A stretch of DNA of 64,000 nucleotides from positions 1 to 64,000 of the forward strand of contig JBNKOC010000024.1 in assembly GCA_050294405.1 (NCBI GenBank), in the 5' to 3' direction. The number at the start of each line of letters is the position of its first letter. The stretch's first letter is position 1. Both the position numbers and the translations under genes were made by a program. This DNA comes from Fibrobacteria bacterium. Its GTDB lineage: Bacteria > Fibrobacterota > Fibrobacteria > UBA11236 > JADFYW01. Under the pieces are notes generated by a model. It searched no databases and was not told the DNA's origin. It worked only from the letters and a program-made list of their open reading frames with translations. Shown here piece by piece: positions 40,275 to 50,174 of this stretch.

Positions 40275-41435
40275 TTAATCTTTCTTTAAGAAACGTTTGA
40301 ATCCCAAAGGTGTGGGGAACTTAAATACCACCCAGTAAGAGCTTAGAATCAAAGTCAAAATAGTAACATATTGCAATAGCTGGAAGGCTTTGTTCCCGAT
40401 AAGGCTGGCGTTTAAACACAACATCCCAAATATTAAACTAAACTCGCTAGCCTGACCCAATCTCACCCCCATTTCCCAGTGGTGGTCCGATGGTTCACGA
40501 AAGGCTTTAAAACACAATTTGAACACATAGGGCTTTAACAGTATAATCAATAAGCTAATTACCACTGCTGGCAGAATTAAAGGCTTTGATTCCCAAATAT
40601 TTATACGTGCGCCAAGGGTAAAAAAGAATAACACTAAAAAGAAATCCCTAAAAAACTTTAACCCTTCGGATAAAAACGTGCTTATGGGATTATTGGCCAG
40701 GGCAACACCAGCTATAAAAGCTCCCATTTCAGGGCTTAATCCAATTTTTCCGGCTATAACGGCAAGGGAAAAACACCAGGCCAGAGTCATCAAAAATAAA
40801 ACTTCGTGGTAGTGGCTCAAATGCTTGAATATTATACGAAGCGCCCACTTTTCAAAAGCCAAAGCAAAAACAATTAAGATCACCCCAAGGGCAATAATAT
40901 AAAACCAATATAAAAAGTTGTTTGATATTCCCGCGCTTGCTATTAACATACAGCTAACGGCAATAACATCTTGCAGCACCAAAATCGCGATTAAAGTTGC
41001 TCCCGTTTGTTTTTGATGAAGGGTTGTAGTGGGTAAAAGCTTTACCACTAAAATGGTGCTGGAAAACATAAAGCCAAGACCAATAAACACAGAATCTGTG
41101 TTGCTAAAGCCGAATAATTTCGCGGAAAACCCAAATACTAAAGCAAATATAAGGCTGCTAATTAATGTCGTAGGAAAACTGATTTTAAAAAGAGTTTTAA
41201 CTCTTTTGGGATGGAGGGTAATTCCCGCCAAAAATAAAAGCAAAGTCACACCCAAGCTGGAAATATTATCAATGAATTCCAGGTTCGACACCAATTTAAA
41301 ACCCCAGGGGCCTAATAAAAAACCAGCTAAAATATAAGCCAGTATCAAAGGTTGTTTGCTTAATATGGAAAGCCAGGCCAGCGTAGAAGAGGCTACAACC
41401 ACAATGGACAAATCAAGAAAGAAGCTATGATCCAT
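40275..41435 (-). CDS. Cation:proton antiporter (CPA2/KefB-like, no KTN domain)
   Basis: YILAGFLLGP, LLLFLAG, FSST, LQD, GAFIAG, Q.SEF; about 12 TM helices. Confidence 0.9.
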   Translation of the reverse strand: MDHSFFLDLSIVVVASSTLAWLSILSKQPLILAYILAGFLLGPWGFKLVSNLEFIDNISSLGVTLLLFLAGITLHPKRVKTLFKISFPTTLISSLIFALVFGFSAKLFGFSNTDSVFIGLGFMFSSTILVVKLLPTTTLHQKQTGATLIAILVLQDVIAVSCMLIASAGISNNFLYWFYIIALGVILIVFALAFEKWALRIIFKHLSHYHEVLFLMTLAWCFSLAVIAGKIGLSPEMGAFIAGVALANNPISTFLSEGLKFFRDFFLVLFFFTLGARINIWESKPLILPAVVISLLIILLKPYVFKLCFKAFREPSDHHWEMGVRLGQASEFSLIFGMLCLNASLIGNKAFQLLQYVTILTLILSSYWVVFKFPTPLGFKRFLKKD

Positions 41436-41528
41436 AAAACCTTTTGGGGATTAAACCATTAAAAATAAGAAATTAGCCTCTCCAGGGAAATTCAAAAATT
41501 TTATGGAACCAAACTCAAATGTATATTT

Positions 41529-42767
41529 ATGCAGGTGAATAATTGGGACTTAATTATTGTTGGTGGAGGTGCGGCAGGCTATTTTGCGGCCATAAATTGC
41601 GCGGAATTACAACCAGGTCTTAAAATTTTAATTCTCGAAGCAAGTAAAATGCCCTTGTCCAAAGTCAAGGTTTCCGGGGGCGGCAGATGCAACATAACCA
41701 ACATCCAAAGCCAGCCAAAATTATTAGCAGAAGGCTATCCAAGGGGTAAGCGAGAACTTATTGGGCCCTTCCATAAATTCAATTCCTCTCGAATGATTGA
41801 ATGGCTTAAGGACAGGGGTCTGGAAACAAAAACAGAGCCCGATGGACGGATTTTTCCAACTAGTAACAGTTCTCAATCGGTAATTGACTTATTTCAAAAG
41901 TTAGCAATTCAAAAAGGCGTGAAGCTTCAAACCTCCTCAAAGCTGGTAAAGTTACTGTTTAACAACCCGGGGTTCACTTTATTTCCTTCATCAGGACCAC
42001 AATTAAGCGCTTCTTCTATTTTATTGTGCACAGGCAATCACCCCTCTGGATACCAATTGGCAGCTTCCTTAGGGCATAAAATTATAAAGCCGGTTCCCGC
42101 ATTATTTAGCTTCAAAACGAACGCTTCTCTACTGAATGGACTTATGGGACTTAGCTTTAAAAAGGCAATACTTAGCTCACCGAAATTGAATAAAAAATTT
42201 CGCATAGAAGGGCCGATGCTCATAACCCATTGGGGGCTAAGCGGGCCTGCCATATTAAAGTTCAGTTCCTTTGTCGCCCTTGAATTACATCAATTAGCTT
42301 ATCGCTTTCCCTTGCGCATCAATTTTTTGGGAATTTCTAATATGGAATTGGCCAAATTAGAAATTTTAAATTTATTAAAAGAAAACTCCGGAAAGCAAAT
42401 AGGAAAAACAGCTCCCCAAAACATACCTAAGCGTTTTTGGGAAAACTTGTTATTGGAATCCAATATTTCGCCAGTTAAAAGCGCGGAACAATTGAATAAA
42501 AAAGAAATCCAACTTTTGGTAAATAATCTGACTCAATTTGAAATTCAAATACATGACAAAGGACCCTTTAAAGAAGAATTTGTTACGGCTGGGGGCGTCC
42601 ATTTAAAAGAAGTTCATTTTAATTCCATGGAAAGCAAACTTGTGCCCAATTGCTATTTTGCCGGGGAAATTTTAAATATAGATGGGATTACAGGCGGGTA
42701 CAATTTTCAAAATGCCTGGACAACAGCCTATTTATGCGCCCAGGATGTTTCAAAAACAGCCTTGTAG
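41529..42767 (+). CDS. HI0933/BaiN-family flavoprotein
   Basis: GGGAAG, SGGGRCN, GRIFP, THWGLSGPA, VTAGGV, GGYNFQNAW. Confidence 0.93.
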   Translation: MQVNNWDLIIVGGGAAGYFAAINCAELQPGLKILILEASKMPLSKVKVSGGGRCNITNIQSQPKLLAEGYPRGKRELIGPFHKFNSSRMIEWLKDRGLETKTEPDGRIFPTSNSSQSVIDLFQKLAIQKGVKLQTSSKLVKLLFNNPGFTLFPSSGPQLSASSILLCTGNHPSGYQLAASLGHKIIKPVPALFSFKTNASLLNGLMGLSFKKAILSSPKLNKKFRIEGPMLITHWGLSGPAILKFSSFVALELHQLAYRFPLRINFLGISNMELAKLEILNLLKENSGKQIGKTAPQNIPKRFWENLLLESNISPVKSAEQLNKKEIQLLVNNLTQFEIQIHDKGPFKEEFVTAGGVHLKEVHFNSMESKLVPNCYFAGEILNIDGITGGYNFQNAWTTAYLCAQDVSKTAL

Positions 42768-42869
42768 CTAGAATTTAGCAGTAAAAGAACAGAAGGTCTC
42801 CTTTATTTATTAAATTAAAACCACTGGACGAATCAAAAGATATTGGGATATTTTAAAGGGGGAAATACT

Positions 42870-44459
42870 GTGAGCAACAAGTTAAAATATTTTGACCGTT
42901 TTATGTGCTTGCTTTTATTATGCACAACTTCGCTTTTTAGCCAAACTAAAGTTGCATGTATAGGAAACAGTATAACCGAAGGTGGAAATCCAGGTTATGT
43001 ACAACTTTTAGGGCAAAAATTGGGTAGTAATTTTGAGGTCAGAAATTACGGGGTATCTGGGAGAACCATGTTAAAAAATGGAGATAGTCCCTATTGGAAT
43101 GAGCCGCAATGGCAGCAAGTTCAATCCTGGAATCCCGATGTTGTAACTATCATGCTGGGAACTAACGATTCCAAGCCCTGGAATTGGGATGACCACAAAG
43201 ATGAATTCATTACAGATTATCGGGAAATGGTAGAAATTTTAGAAAACCTGTCTTCGAATCCTAAAATAATGTTAGTGCTTCCTCCCCATGCTGGAGAAGA
43301 GAGTTTTAGTATCCGGGGAAGTGTTATTAAAGCAGAGCAAATTCCTCAAATAATCCAATTAGCCGGTGAAAAAGAGCTAACTCTGATTGACATTAATACT
43401 CCCACACAAGACAAGCTTTATTTATTTCCTGATGAAGTGCATCCCAATAATGAGGGCCATGAATTACTAGCAGATGTATTTTATGAATCCATTTCAAACC
43501 TGTTACAATTAAAGCCAACAAAAACCAAATTGCTATGGTATGGGAATGCTCCCCAGTCCCGCGGGCGCGAAGAAAAAGATAAACCATGGGTAGATATATA
43601 TCCGGCACCAGACAGCTCCCAAAATCCAGCTGCTGTTTTGATTTGCCCCGGAGGCGGATACAGTGGATTAGCCTTGGATCATGAAGGAAAACAAGTAGCT
43701 GAATGGTTTAACCAAAGAGGCTTTTATGCATTTGTACTCCATTATCGCCTCGGCCAGGATTACCAGCACCCTGTCCCTCTAACAGACGCCCAAAGGGCTT
43801 TGAGAATAATCCGCCATTATGCTAATGATTGGGGCATAGATAGCAGTCGAATTGGAGTTTTGGGCTTTTCAGCAGGCGGGCACCTGGCTTCCAGTTTAGG
43901 TACCCATTTTGATGAGGGTATTTCGGATACATCGGATGTAATCGAACAAAAAAACTGCAGGCCGGATTTTATGGCACTCATTTATCCGGTAATAACCATG
44001 ACTTACCCTTATACCCATGGGGGGTCCAGAGATAATTTATTAGGCTCAAATCCTTCCAGTACGCTAGTGGACTTTATGTCTTCTGAAAAACAAGTCACTG
44101 AAAATACCCCAATTTGCTTTTTGACTCATGGGACGGCTGACGATGTCGTTCCCATTGAAAACAGTGAAATGATGGATAGTGCTTTATCCGCTAATTCCGT
44201 AGAACATGAATTTTTTATTGATACAGGAAAGCCCCACGGTTATGGCTTAGATGGCCTTTGGCCGGAAGCTTTTGAGAATTGGATGCGTGAGCTGGGAGTT
44301 ATTCCTGTTTCCATTACAGCTAAATTAGAAAGAACAAAGGCTGGCAATAAAAGATATTTGGTAAATGATAAATGGTATTTCAAAAACTCCACTTCCAATA
44401 AAAATTCAAACTATTTGTTTGATGGGATAGGACGAAGAACACTTATAGCCACCCCATAA
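42870..44459 (+). CDS. Bifunctional secreted esterase: SGNH/GDSL domain fused to an alpha/beta-hydrolase domain
   Basis: GTG start after AAGGGGG; CIGNSIT, GVSG, MLGTND, DEVHP, then PGGGY, GFSAGGH, HGTADDVV, PHGYG. Confidence 0.88.
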   Translation: MSNKLKYFDRFMCLLLLCTTSLFSQTKVACIGNSITEGGNPGYVQLLGQKLGSNFEVRNYGVSGRTMLKNGDSPYWNEPQWQQVQSWNPDVVTIMLGTNDSKPWNWDDHKDEFITDYREMVEILENLSSNPKIMLVLPPHAGEESFSIRGSVIKAEQIPQIIQLAGEKELTLIDINTPTQDKLYLFPDEVHPNNEGHELLADVFYESISNLLQLKPTKTKLLWYGNAPQSRGREEKDKPWVDIYPAPDSSQNPAAVLICPGGGYSGLALDHEGKQVAEWFNQRGFYAFVLHYRLGQDYQHPVPLTDAQRALRIIRHYANDWGIDSSRIGVLGFSAGGHLASSLGTHFDEGISDTSDVIEQKNCRPDFMALIYPVITMTYPYTHGGSRDNLLGSNPSSTLVDFMSSEKQVTENTPICFLTHGTADDVVPIENSEMMDSALSANSVEHEFFIDTGKPHGYGLDGLWPEAFENWMRELGVIPVSITAKLERTKAGNKRYLVNDKWYFKNSTSNKNSNYLFDGIGRRTLIATP

Positions 44460-44480
44460 TTCAAATATTTTATTCGAATA

Positions 44481-46013
44481 TTACCTCTTGCCGTTGTTTA
44501 GTTTTAAAGTGTACATATCTGTCCTTCTATCCCTAAGGTTTCGAACACTGCCCTTTTCATGCAGTTCTGTGAGGAGGGTCAAATCCACTTCAGCAACTAA
44601 TATCATTTCGGTATTAGGCGTTGCCTCCGCTTTTATTCCATTTCGGGGAAAAGCAAAATCACAGGGCGTAAACACCACAGATTGTGCAAATTGGATATCC
44701 ATGTTGTGTACTTTGGGAATATTTCCCACATTACCGGCTATGGCCACATAACATTCATTTTCTATGGCTCTGGCTTGCGCACAGTGTCGGACTCTGGAAT
44801 AGCCATTTTGAGTATCCGTTAAAAAGGGGACAAACAAGATTTTCATTTCCTGCTCAGCAAGAAGCCGTCCTAATTCGGGGAACTCCACATCATAACATAT
44901 GAGTATGCCGATTTTTCCGCAATCCGTATCAAATACTCTAAGCTGTTTACCTCCTGTCATGCCCCAGAGCTTATCTTCGTCCGGCGTAACATGCATCTTG
45001 ATGTATTTTTCAATTTCTCCATTTCTTTTGCATAAATAACCCACATTGTAAAGATTTCCCCCGCGAAGTTCTGGCATACTACCAGTGATGATATTGATAT
45101 TATAGGATATGGCCATAGATACAAAATGGTCCTTAATGCCTTGGGTAAATTTGGCCAATTCCCGAATGGCATCGGCCTCAGATAAATGGTTGTAAGCGGC
45201 CATTAAAGGCGCGTTAAAAAATTCTGGGAACAGGGCGAAATCGCATCGGTATTGGGAAACTGCGTCCACAAAGTACTCCACCTGCTCCATTAAATCTTCC
45301 AGACCTTTATAGGGCCGCATTTGCCATTGAACTAACCCCAGACGAACCACCGTCTTTGTGGTGTCTATATGGGGCAATTCTTTGGTGTAGTAAATATTGT
45401 CCCATTGTAAAAGCGCCGCATATTCATGGCTGGCTTCATCTCCTCTTAAATACCCCTGCAATACTTTTTTAACATGAAAATCGTTGGACAGTTGAAAAGT
45501 CAAAACAGGGTCATAAATTTTTTTACGCTTCACGCCATCCATATACTCCCGGGGAGTCATTTTAGTTGCGTGTTTATGATAATTCGGGAGACGCCCCCCA
45601 AACACAATACATTTATAGTTTTTTTGTTCGCACAATTCTTTTCGGTAATCGTAAAGCCTTCTTCCCAACCTTAAGCCCCGGTATTTTCCATCAATAAAAA
45701 CATCAATCCCATAAAGAGCATTTCCATTGGGATTGTGGGTGCTAAAGCTGTGGTTGCCTGTTATTTCTTTATAAGTGTGCTCTTCTTCAAAGTCTCCATA
45801 ATCGATTAATATTGATAGTGCGCACCCCACCACTTGGTCGTCTATGGATATTACCACTTGGCCTTCTGGAAACCGAGTAACTAAAGTTTTGATTTGCTCC
45901 CTTGTCCAATAACTGTTGGGAATGTTTTTATAAACCTCCATCATTATTTTTTTCAACCTGGGATAGTCTTTCATCCTTAAAAGACGTAAATCGACTTTGC
46001 CTATTTTGTCCAT
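44481..46013 (-). CDS. GNAT acetyltransferase / carbon-nitrogen hydrolase fusion
   Basis: FPEGQ, YRGLRLGRRLY GNAT part; nitrilase triad FPEFF, KMHVTP, ICYDVEFPE; ARAIENE. Confidence 0.92.
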   Translation of the reverse strand: MDKIGKVDLRLLRMKDYPRLKKIMMEVYKNIPNSYWTREQIKTLVTRFPEGQVVISIDDQVVGCALSILIDYGDFEEEHTYKEITGNHSFSTHNPNGNALYGIDVFIDGKYRGLRLGRRLYDYRKELCEQKNYKCIVFGGRLPNYHKHATKMTPREYMDGVKRKKIYDPVLTFQLSNDFHVKKVLQGYLRGDEASHEYAALLQWDNIYYTKELPHIDTTKTVVRLGLVQWQMRPYKGLEDLMEQVEYFVDAVSQYRCDFALFPEFFNAPLMAAYNHLSEADAIRELAKFTQGIKDHFVSMAISYNINIITGSMPELRGGNLYNVGYLCKRNGEIEKYIKMHVTPDEDKLWGMTGGKQLRVFDTDCGKIGILICYDVEFPELGRLLAEQEMKILFVPFLTDTQNGYSRVRHCAQARAIENECYVAIAGNVGNIPKVHNMDIQFAQSVVFTPCDFAFPRNGIKAEATPNTEMILVAEVDLTLLTELHEKGSVRNLRDRRTDMYTLKLNNGKR

Positions 46014-46025
46014 GCTATTATACCT

Positions 46026-47168
46026 CTAGTTCCAGCCCATTATTCCGGAAATGTAATTTGATAATTCGGTGCCATTAATTTGATGTTGTAATACATTCGG
46101 ATGCCATTCCGCTCCATAACCCACTTTGTAATGATTTGGAGTTAATGAGTAATAATGTATGTTTTCAAAGTTTTTCTGGTATAGTCTTTTGATTAATCCA
46201 TTTAAATATCGTTGAAAAATATCGCTGGTAGGATATGGTTCCCCACTGGCGCTGTCAATGGGATAATCATTGCTCATCATGGGGCCATCTAAAATAAAAA
46301 ATTCCGCATTTGGATAATTTTTGTTTAAGGATACCAAAAATTCAGCATAGGCATTTACAAATTTTGCGGAGTCCGGAGGCCCTCGTACAAAATCATTTGA
46401 ACCCAGACTTACTACAACTGCCTCCGGAATCCAATTTTGAAAATTCCAGCCCTTATCAATATTAAAGGCTGCTCTTCGATACATAATCGGCATTGGTTTT
46501 TTATCCTTTACATCATAATTTTCCAGTATCCCTTTGCCAGAACAACAAATTATATGTGCTTCCGCATTGAATTTACGGGCTAAAATGGCCCCAAAAGTAT
46601 GATAGCTGTCTTGAGTGCTTTTTTTAAATTTATGAGACTTGGTTGAATCCATATTTCCATAACCACAAACCACAGAATTCCCAATAATTTCGATTTTCCT
46701 TTCGGGTGGGTTTGCCATGGGAAATACTTTTCCATTGGGTTCCAATTCAAAACCATAAAATTTTGCTAAGCCTATATGCGCTTCCGTTCGTTTATAAATT
46801 TTTACACTGTGTGGGCCCGGTTTTAAATTCTTAGCAAGAATATGCAGACTATCTTTGGATTTTTTTTCCAGATTAAGAACTTTTACTTTCTTTCCATCGA
46901 TGAAAATATTGAAATAATTTTTAGGAGCCTTTAATTTTACTTTGATGTAGGAACTTTCAAAGTAAGCCTCAATACTTACACCAGACCAATCAAAATTTAG
47001 AACGGAATCCTGGTCAAACAAGTATCGTCCGGTAATTCTAATATTTGGGTTATTGGCTTGGACAAATCGGGGCTTTTCCTCGGGTTCTGAGCAACCCAGA
47101 GATAAAAAAAAGGTGAAAGGCAAAGCCATTCCCCCCACAGCTACAAGGCATTTACCAATAATCCCCAT
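46026..47168 (-). CDS. Carbohydrate esterase family 2-like SGNH lipoprotein
   Basis: Lipobox SLG-C; KRTEA, IEIIGNSVVCGYG, SGKG, LGSND, WHPN. Confidence 0.85.
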   Translation of the reverse strand: MGIIGKCLVAVGGMALPFTFFLSLGCSEPEEKPRFVQANNPNIRITGRYLFDQDSVLNFDWSGVSIEAYFESSYIKVKLKAPKNYFNIFIDGKKVKVLNLEKKSKDSLHILAKNLKPGPHSVKIYKRTEAHIGLAKFYGFELEPNGKVFPMANPPERKIEIIGNSVVCGYGNMDSTKSHKFKKSTQDSYHTFGAILARKFNAEAHIICCSGKGILENYDVKDKKPMPIMYRRAAFNIDKGWNFQNWIPEAVVVSLGSNDFVRGPPDSAKFVNAYAEFLVSLNKNYPNAEFFILDGPMMSNDYPIDSASGEPYPTSDIFQRYLNGLIKRLYQKNFENIHYYSLTPNHYKVGYGAEWHPNVLQHQINGTELSNYISGIMGWN

Positions 47169-47272
47169 TGTAATCCAATAAATAAAGGACAAAAATATCT
47201 GTTATTTCACCAGATATCCAAACAAATTTTCTAACTAATTATGGGCGGGAACCAGGCTAAAATCCAGATAGA

Positions 47273-47974
47273 TCAAAACAAGCCCAATTGGTAAGATAAA
47301 TTAGCAGAAAACTGCATACCTTTTGAATATTTATACCACTGGGATTTGCCAATTAGCTCCAAGGAAAATGAGGGAAATATATAACTATACCCCACACCGG
47401 CCAGGTAACCTATTTCTGTTTTAGGAAATCCCTGAGTTACTTCCCTTTCAGCGGGATTTAAAAAATTCTGACCAATTCCAAAAAGAGGAAACAGGCTGTG
47501 GCCTAAGTGAGAAAACTCTCCCTTTTGATAATAGTCCATCATGGTGTTTTGATTAAACAAATTAAGTGCACTTATATAATGCAGGTTTACACTGAGCTCT
47601 AGATTGCTTCGTTCCATAGAAATCGAGCCACAAGCTTCTTGGGTACAGTTTAAATTATCCACGTCAAAGGGAATAGATTGGGTAAAAAATTGAGCCTTTA
47701 TTTTAACCACCCACGGTAGCTTGGGAATGCCGTATTGCAAAGAAAAATGGGCATTTTTCCAGAGCAGAGGATCCCTCCCTGGCTCCAAAACTTCCACATA
47801 ACGACTTGAAATGCCTTGAAAATCTTCCATCGAGCTGGACTCATATAAAAAAGCATATCCCAAGCTAACAGAAAATCCGTCATAGCCTTTGCCATGGGAA
47901 AGCCCAGATAATGTAATGGAAAGCGCAATATTCCAAACCCAATTCTTTTTAAAAAAAATCGAAAAATTCCCCAT
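47273..47974 (-). CDS. Hypothetical outer-membrane beta-barrel protein
   Basis: Signal-like N-terminus, amphipathic strands, terminal Phe. Confidence 0.55.
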   Translation of the reverse strand: MGNFSIFFKKNWVWNIALSITLSGLSHGKGYDGFSVSLGYAFLYESSSMEDFQGISSRYVEVLEPGRDPLLWKNAHFSLQYGIPKLPWVVKIKAQFFTQSIPFDVDNLNCTQEACGSISMERSNLELSVNLHYISALNLFNQNTMMDYYQKGEFSHLGHSLFPLFGIGQNFLNPAEREVTQGFPKTEIGYLAGVGYSYIFPSFSLELIGKSQWYKYSKGMQFSANLSYQLGLF

Positions 47975-48104
47975 GATATTTCCCCCAAGAAAATCCCCCT
48001 TTTTGAAATAATTAAAATTCACTTTAAGAAAAAGCTTTTTTTTAATTGCCAAATTTTCAAAATTATTTGACAAATGGCTGGGGTACCGCGGCTATATTAT
48101 AAAC

Positions 48105-48737
48105 ATGAGGATTTGCCACTTAATTTTATTGTTTCTCTTCCCAACAACGCTTTTTTCCCAACCTCAATGGCAGCTCGAAACCAAACACATGCAAGCTGAT
48201 TTATTGGAAAATGAAATGGAGTTTGCCATTGGCCATTCTGCTTGGAAAATTATGGAATTTGACTTATCCATTGTCAACAACGCCCAGTGGGAAAAATATC
48301 CAAATAACATTTTTAACAGAATATATTATGAAGGGAGTTTTTCCATTTCAAAAGAAATTGGAATATTAAGCTTTAGTCTTGACCCCATGTTAGTTTATGA
48401 TAATGATTGGTACTTTGTAGTTAGCCCTAAATTTTCGTTAGCCTATCAGCAAAGCATTCTGGAACTGTCCAACGAACTGGAAGCTTTTTATAATTTTGGC
48501 AATTCTGAAGGTTGGAACGTAAACACCAGCGATTTAATGTTAAGTTTCTTTGAGAGCGATATCATCCTAAAAGCCTGGATAAATAATGAAATAGAATTCA
48601 ATTTTGATGAGTATAGCAACAAATTAAATATTGGTCCTTTATTGGAATACAAAAATATAGGATTCAGTGTAAGCTATACCGGATATTATCATCCCTGGCA
48701 AAATGGCTTTCAAATTTTATGGGGATTTAATTATTAG
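48105..48737 (+). CDS. Hypothetical outer-membrane beta-barrel protein
   Basis: Signal peptide, aromatic-rich strands, ends WGFNY. Confidence 0.6.
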   Translation: MRICHLILLFLFPTTLFSQPQWQLETKHMQADLLENEMEFAIGHSAWKIMEFDLSIVNNAQWEKYPNNIFNRIYYEGSFSISKEIGILSFSLDPMLVYDNDWYFVVSPKFSLAYQQSILELSNELEAFYNFGNSEGWNVNTSDLMLSFFESDIILKAWINNEIEFNFDEYSNKLNIGPLLEYKNIGFSVSYTGYYHPWQNGFQILWGFNY

Positions 48738-48860
48738 TCCAGCAATTGTTTTCTTGCAAATTTGTCACCACTTAGTCATTTTGGCAATCCAAATTCCATA
48801 AACCCTTTAAAAGCAAAGGTTTCATTTTCAAATTCATCCAATTGGAAGAAGCTTCCGACA

Positions 48861-48876
48861 TGGCATATAATTTGCA
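48861..48876 (+). promoter_or_regulatory. Sigma-54 (-24/-12) promoter
   Basis: TGGCATATAATTTGCA has the exact GG-N10-GC spacing and ends 37 nt before the hemerythrin ATG. Confidence 0.7.
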
Positions 48877-48913
48877 AAATGTTTCAAGAAACAATTAACC
48901 AGCGAGGGATCGT

Positions 48914-49384
48914 ATGGCCATTGAAAAAAGCAAATCCATTGTAGTTGAAATATTAGAAGAAGAACATAGAGCCCTCAACGAAATTGTTTCTAGAATCAGA
49001 AATACAGTGGATGGCATAAAACTATTGGACTTTGAACAACCGGCGCGAGGGGAAGTTCTTTCTCTGTTTGATTATTTCTATCACCGCCTGAAATTTCATT
49101 TCCATACTGAAGAAGAATTGGGGTTATTAAAAGACATTGCCAAAGACAAACCCCGATATCGCGGGAATGTGGATAACCTTTTTATTGATCACAAAAGCTT
49201 ACTGGAACAACTAAACAATATTATTGAGCTTTATTTCAAAAATAAACCCTGTGCTAGTTCCAAAGAGCTTGATGAGTTTGTAAATTCAGTAAACGAGTTC
49301 TTTTTAAGTTTTAAAGAACATGAATCCCGTGAAACTAGCTTTGTGCTGGATGCTGAGAATACGGATTTAGGATCTCACGATTAA
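48914..49384 (+). CDS. Hemerythrin-domain (HHE) protein
   Basis: LEEEH, HFHTEE, DHKSL, EHESRE: four-helix di-iron ligand pattern; GAGGG RBS. Confidence 0.85.
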   Translation: MAIEKSKSIVVEILEEEHRALNEIVSRIRNTVDGIKLLDFEQPARGEVLSLFDYFYHRLKFHFHTEEELGLLKDIAKDKPRYRGNVDNLFIDHKSLLEQLNNIIELYFKNKPCASSKELDEFVNSVNEFFLSFKEHESRETSFVLDAENTDLGSHD

Positions 49385-49410
49385 GTTTTAAGAAGGTTGT
49401 AAAAACCCGC

Positions 49411-49438
49411 AATTGATTCCAATTTAGGAATCTCAATT
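49411..49438. terminator. Possible hairpin between the convergent hemerythrin gene and rnf operon
   Basis: AATTGATTCC-AATTTA-GGAATC(TC)AATT, a bulged AT-rich stem. Confidence 0.35.
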
Positions 49439-49580
49439 AATAACAAATTCGTTTATCGCATCCTTTGCTGTGATCGCAGTGGTCACAGCCATTTTTTTCA
49501 GCGGCTGATTTTAATCTTAGAATAGCATAAATTGGGCAAAGAACCATGAGTGAAGCTATAACAAATATATGTACCAGCAT
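49437..49580 (-). CDS. 47-aa single-TM protein with Cys/His-rich tail
   Basis: ATG 4 nt after the rnfA stop: MLVHIFVIASLMVLCPIYAILRLKSAAEKNGCDHCDHSKGCDKRICY. Confidence 0.6.
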   Translation of the reverse strand: MLVHIFVIASLMVLCPIYAILRLKSAAEKNGCDHCDHSKGCDKRICY

Positions 49581-49584
49581 AATA

Positions 49585-50172
49585 TTAACCCTGACTAAAC
49601 AAGCCCGCAAAACCCATAAAAGCCAAAGATAAAATTCCGGCAATTAAAAAATTAAAAGCTGCGCCTCTGATAACATCTGGCGGCTGATTTAAATCAGCCT
49701 CCTCCCTTAAACCCGCCATTATAACTAAAGCTAATGTTAATCCAGCACCCGCTCCAAGAGCGTAAACAATACTTTGAGCCAAGCCGTAATTTTTACTGGT
49801 TTGAAAAAGAGCCAGTCCCAATATGGCGCAATTGGTGGTAATTAGCGGTAAGAAAATTCCCAATGCCTGGAAAAGTCCCGGGCTGAGTTTTTTAATTGCC
49901 ATTTCCACAAACTGAACTGCAGAGGCTATAACCAAAATAAAACTGATAAGTCTTAAATATGGAGCATAAGGCAAGATAAACCTGTTGAGGCCGTATGCAG
50001 ATAAGGAGGTAATAAGCAACACAAAAATGTTGGCTAAGCCCATTCGAAAGGCTGTATCCAATTTATTACTGACTCCAAAAAATGGACAAAGGCCCAGAAA
50101 ATAGGTCAATGTAAAGTTATTAATTAAGCTGGCCGAAAAAAAGATCCAAACCAGTTCCTGTAAGCTATCCAT
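49585..50172 (-). CDS. rnfA: Rnf complex subunit A
   Basis: NNFTL.YFLGLCPFFGVS, LGIFLPLITTNCAILG. Confidence 0.95.
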   Translation of the reverse strand: MDSLQELVWIFFSASLINNFTLTYFLGLCPFFGVSNKLDTAFRMGLANIFVLLITSLSAYGLNRFILPYAPYLRLISFILVIASAVQFVEMAIKKLSPGLFQALGIFLPLITTNCAILGLALFQTSKNYGLAQSIVYALGAGAGLTLALVIMAGLREEADLNQPPDVIRGAAFNFLIAGILSLAFMGFAGLFSQG

Positions 50173-50174
50173 TT

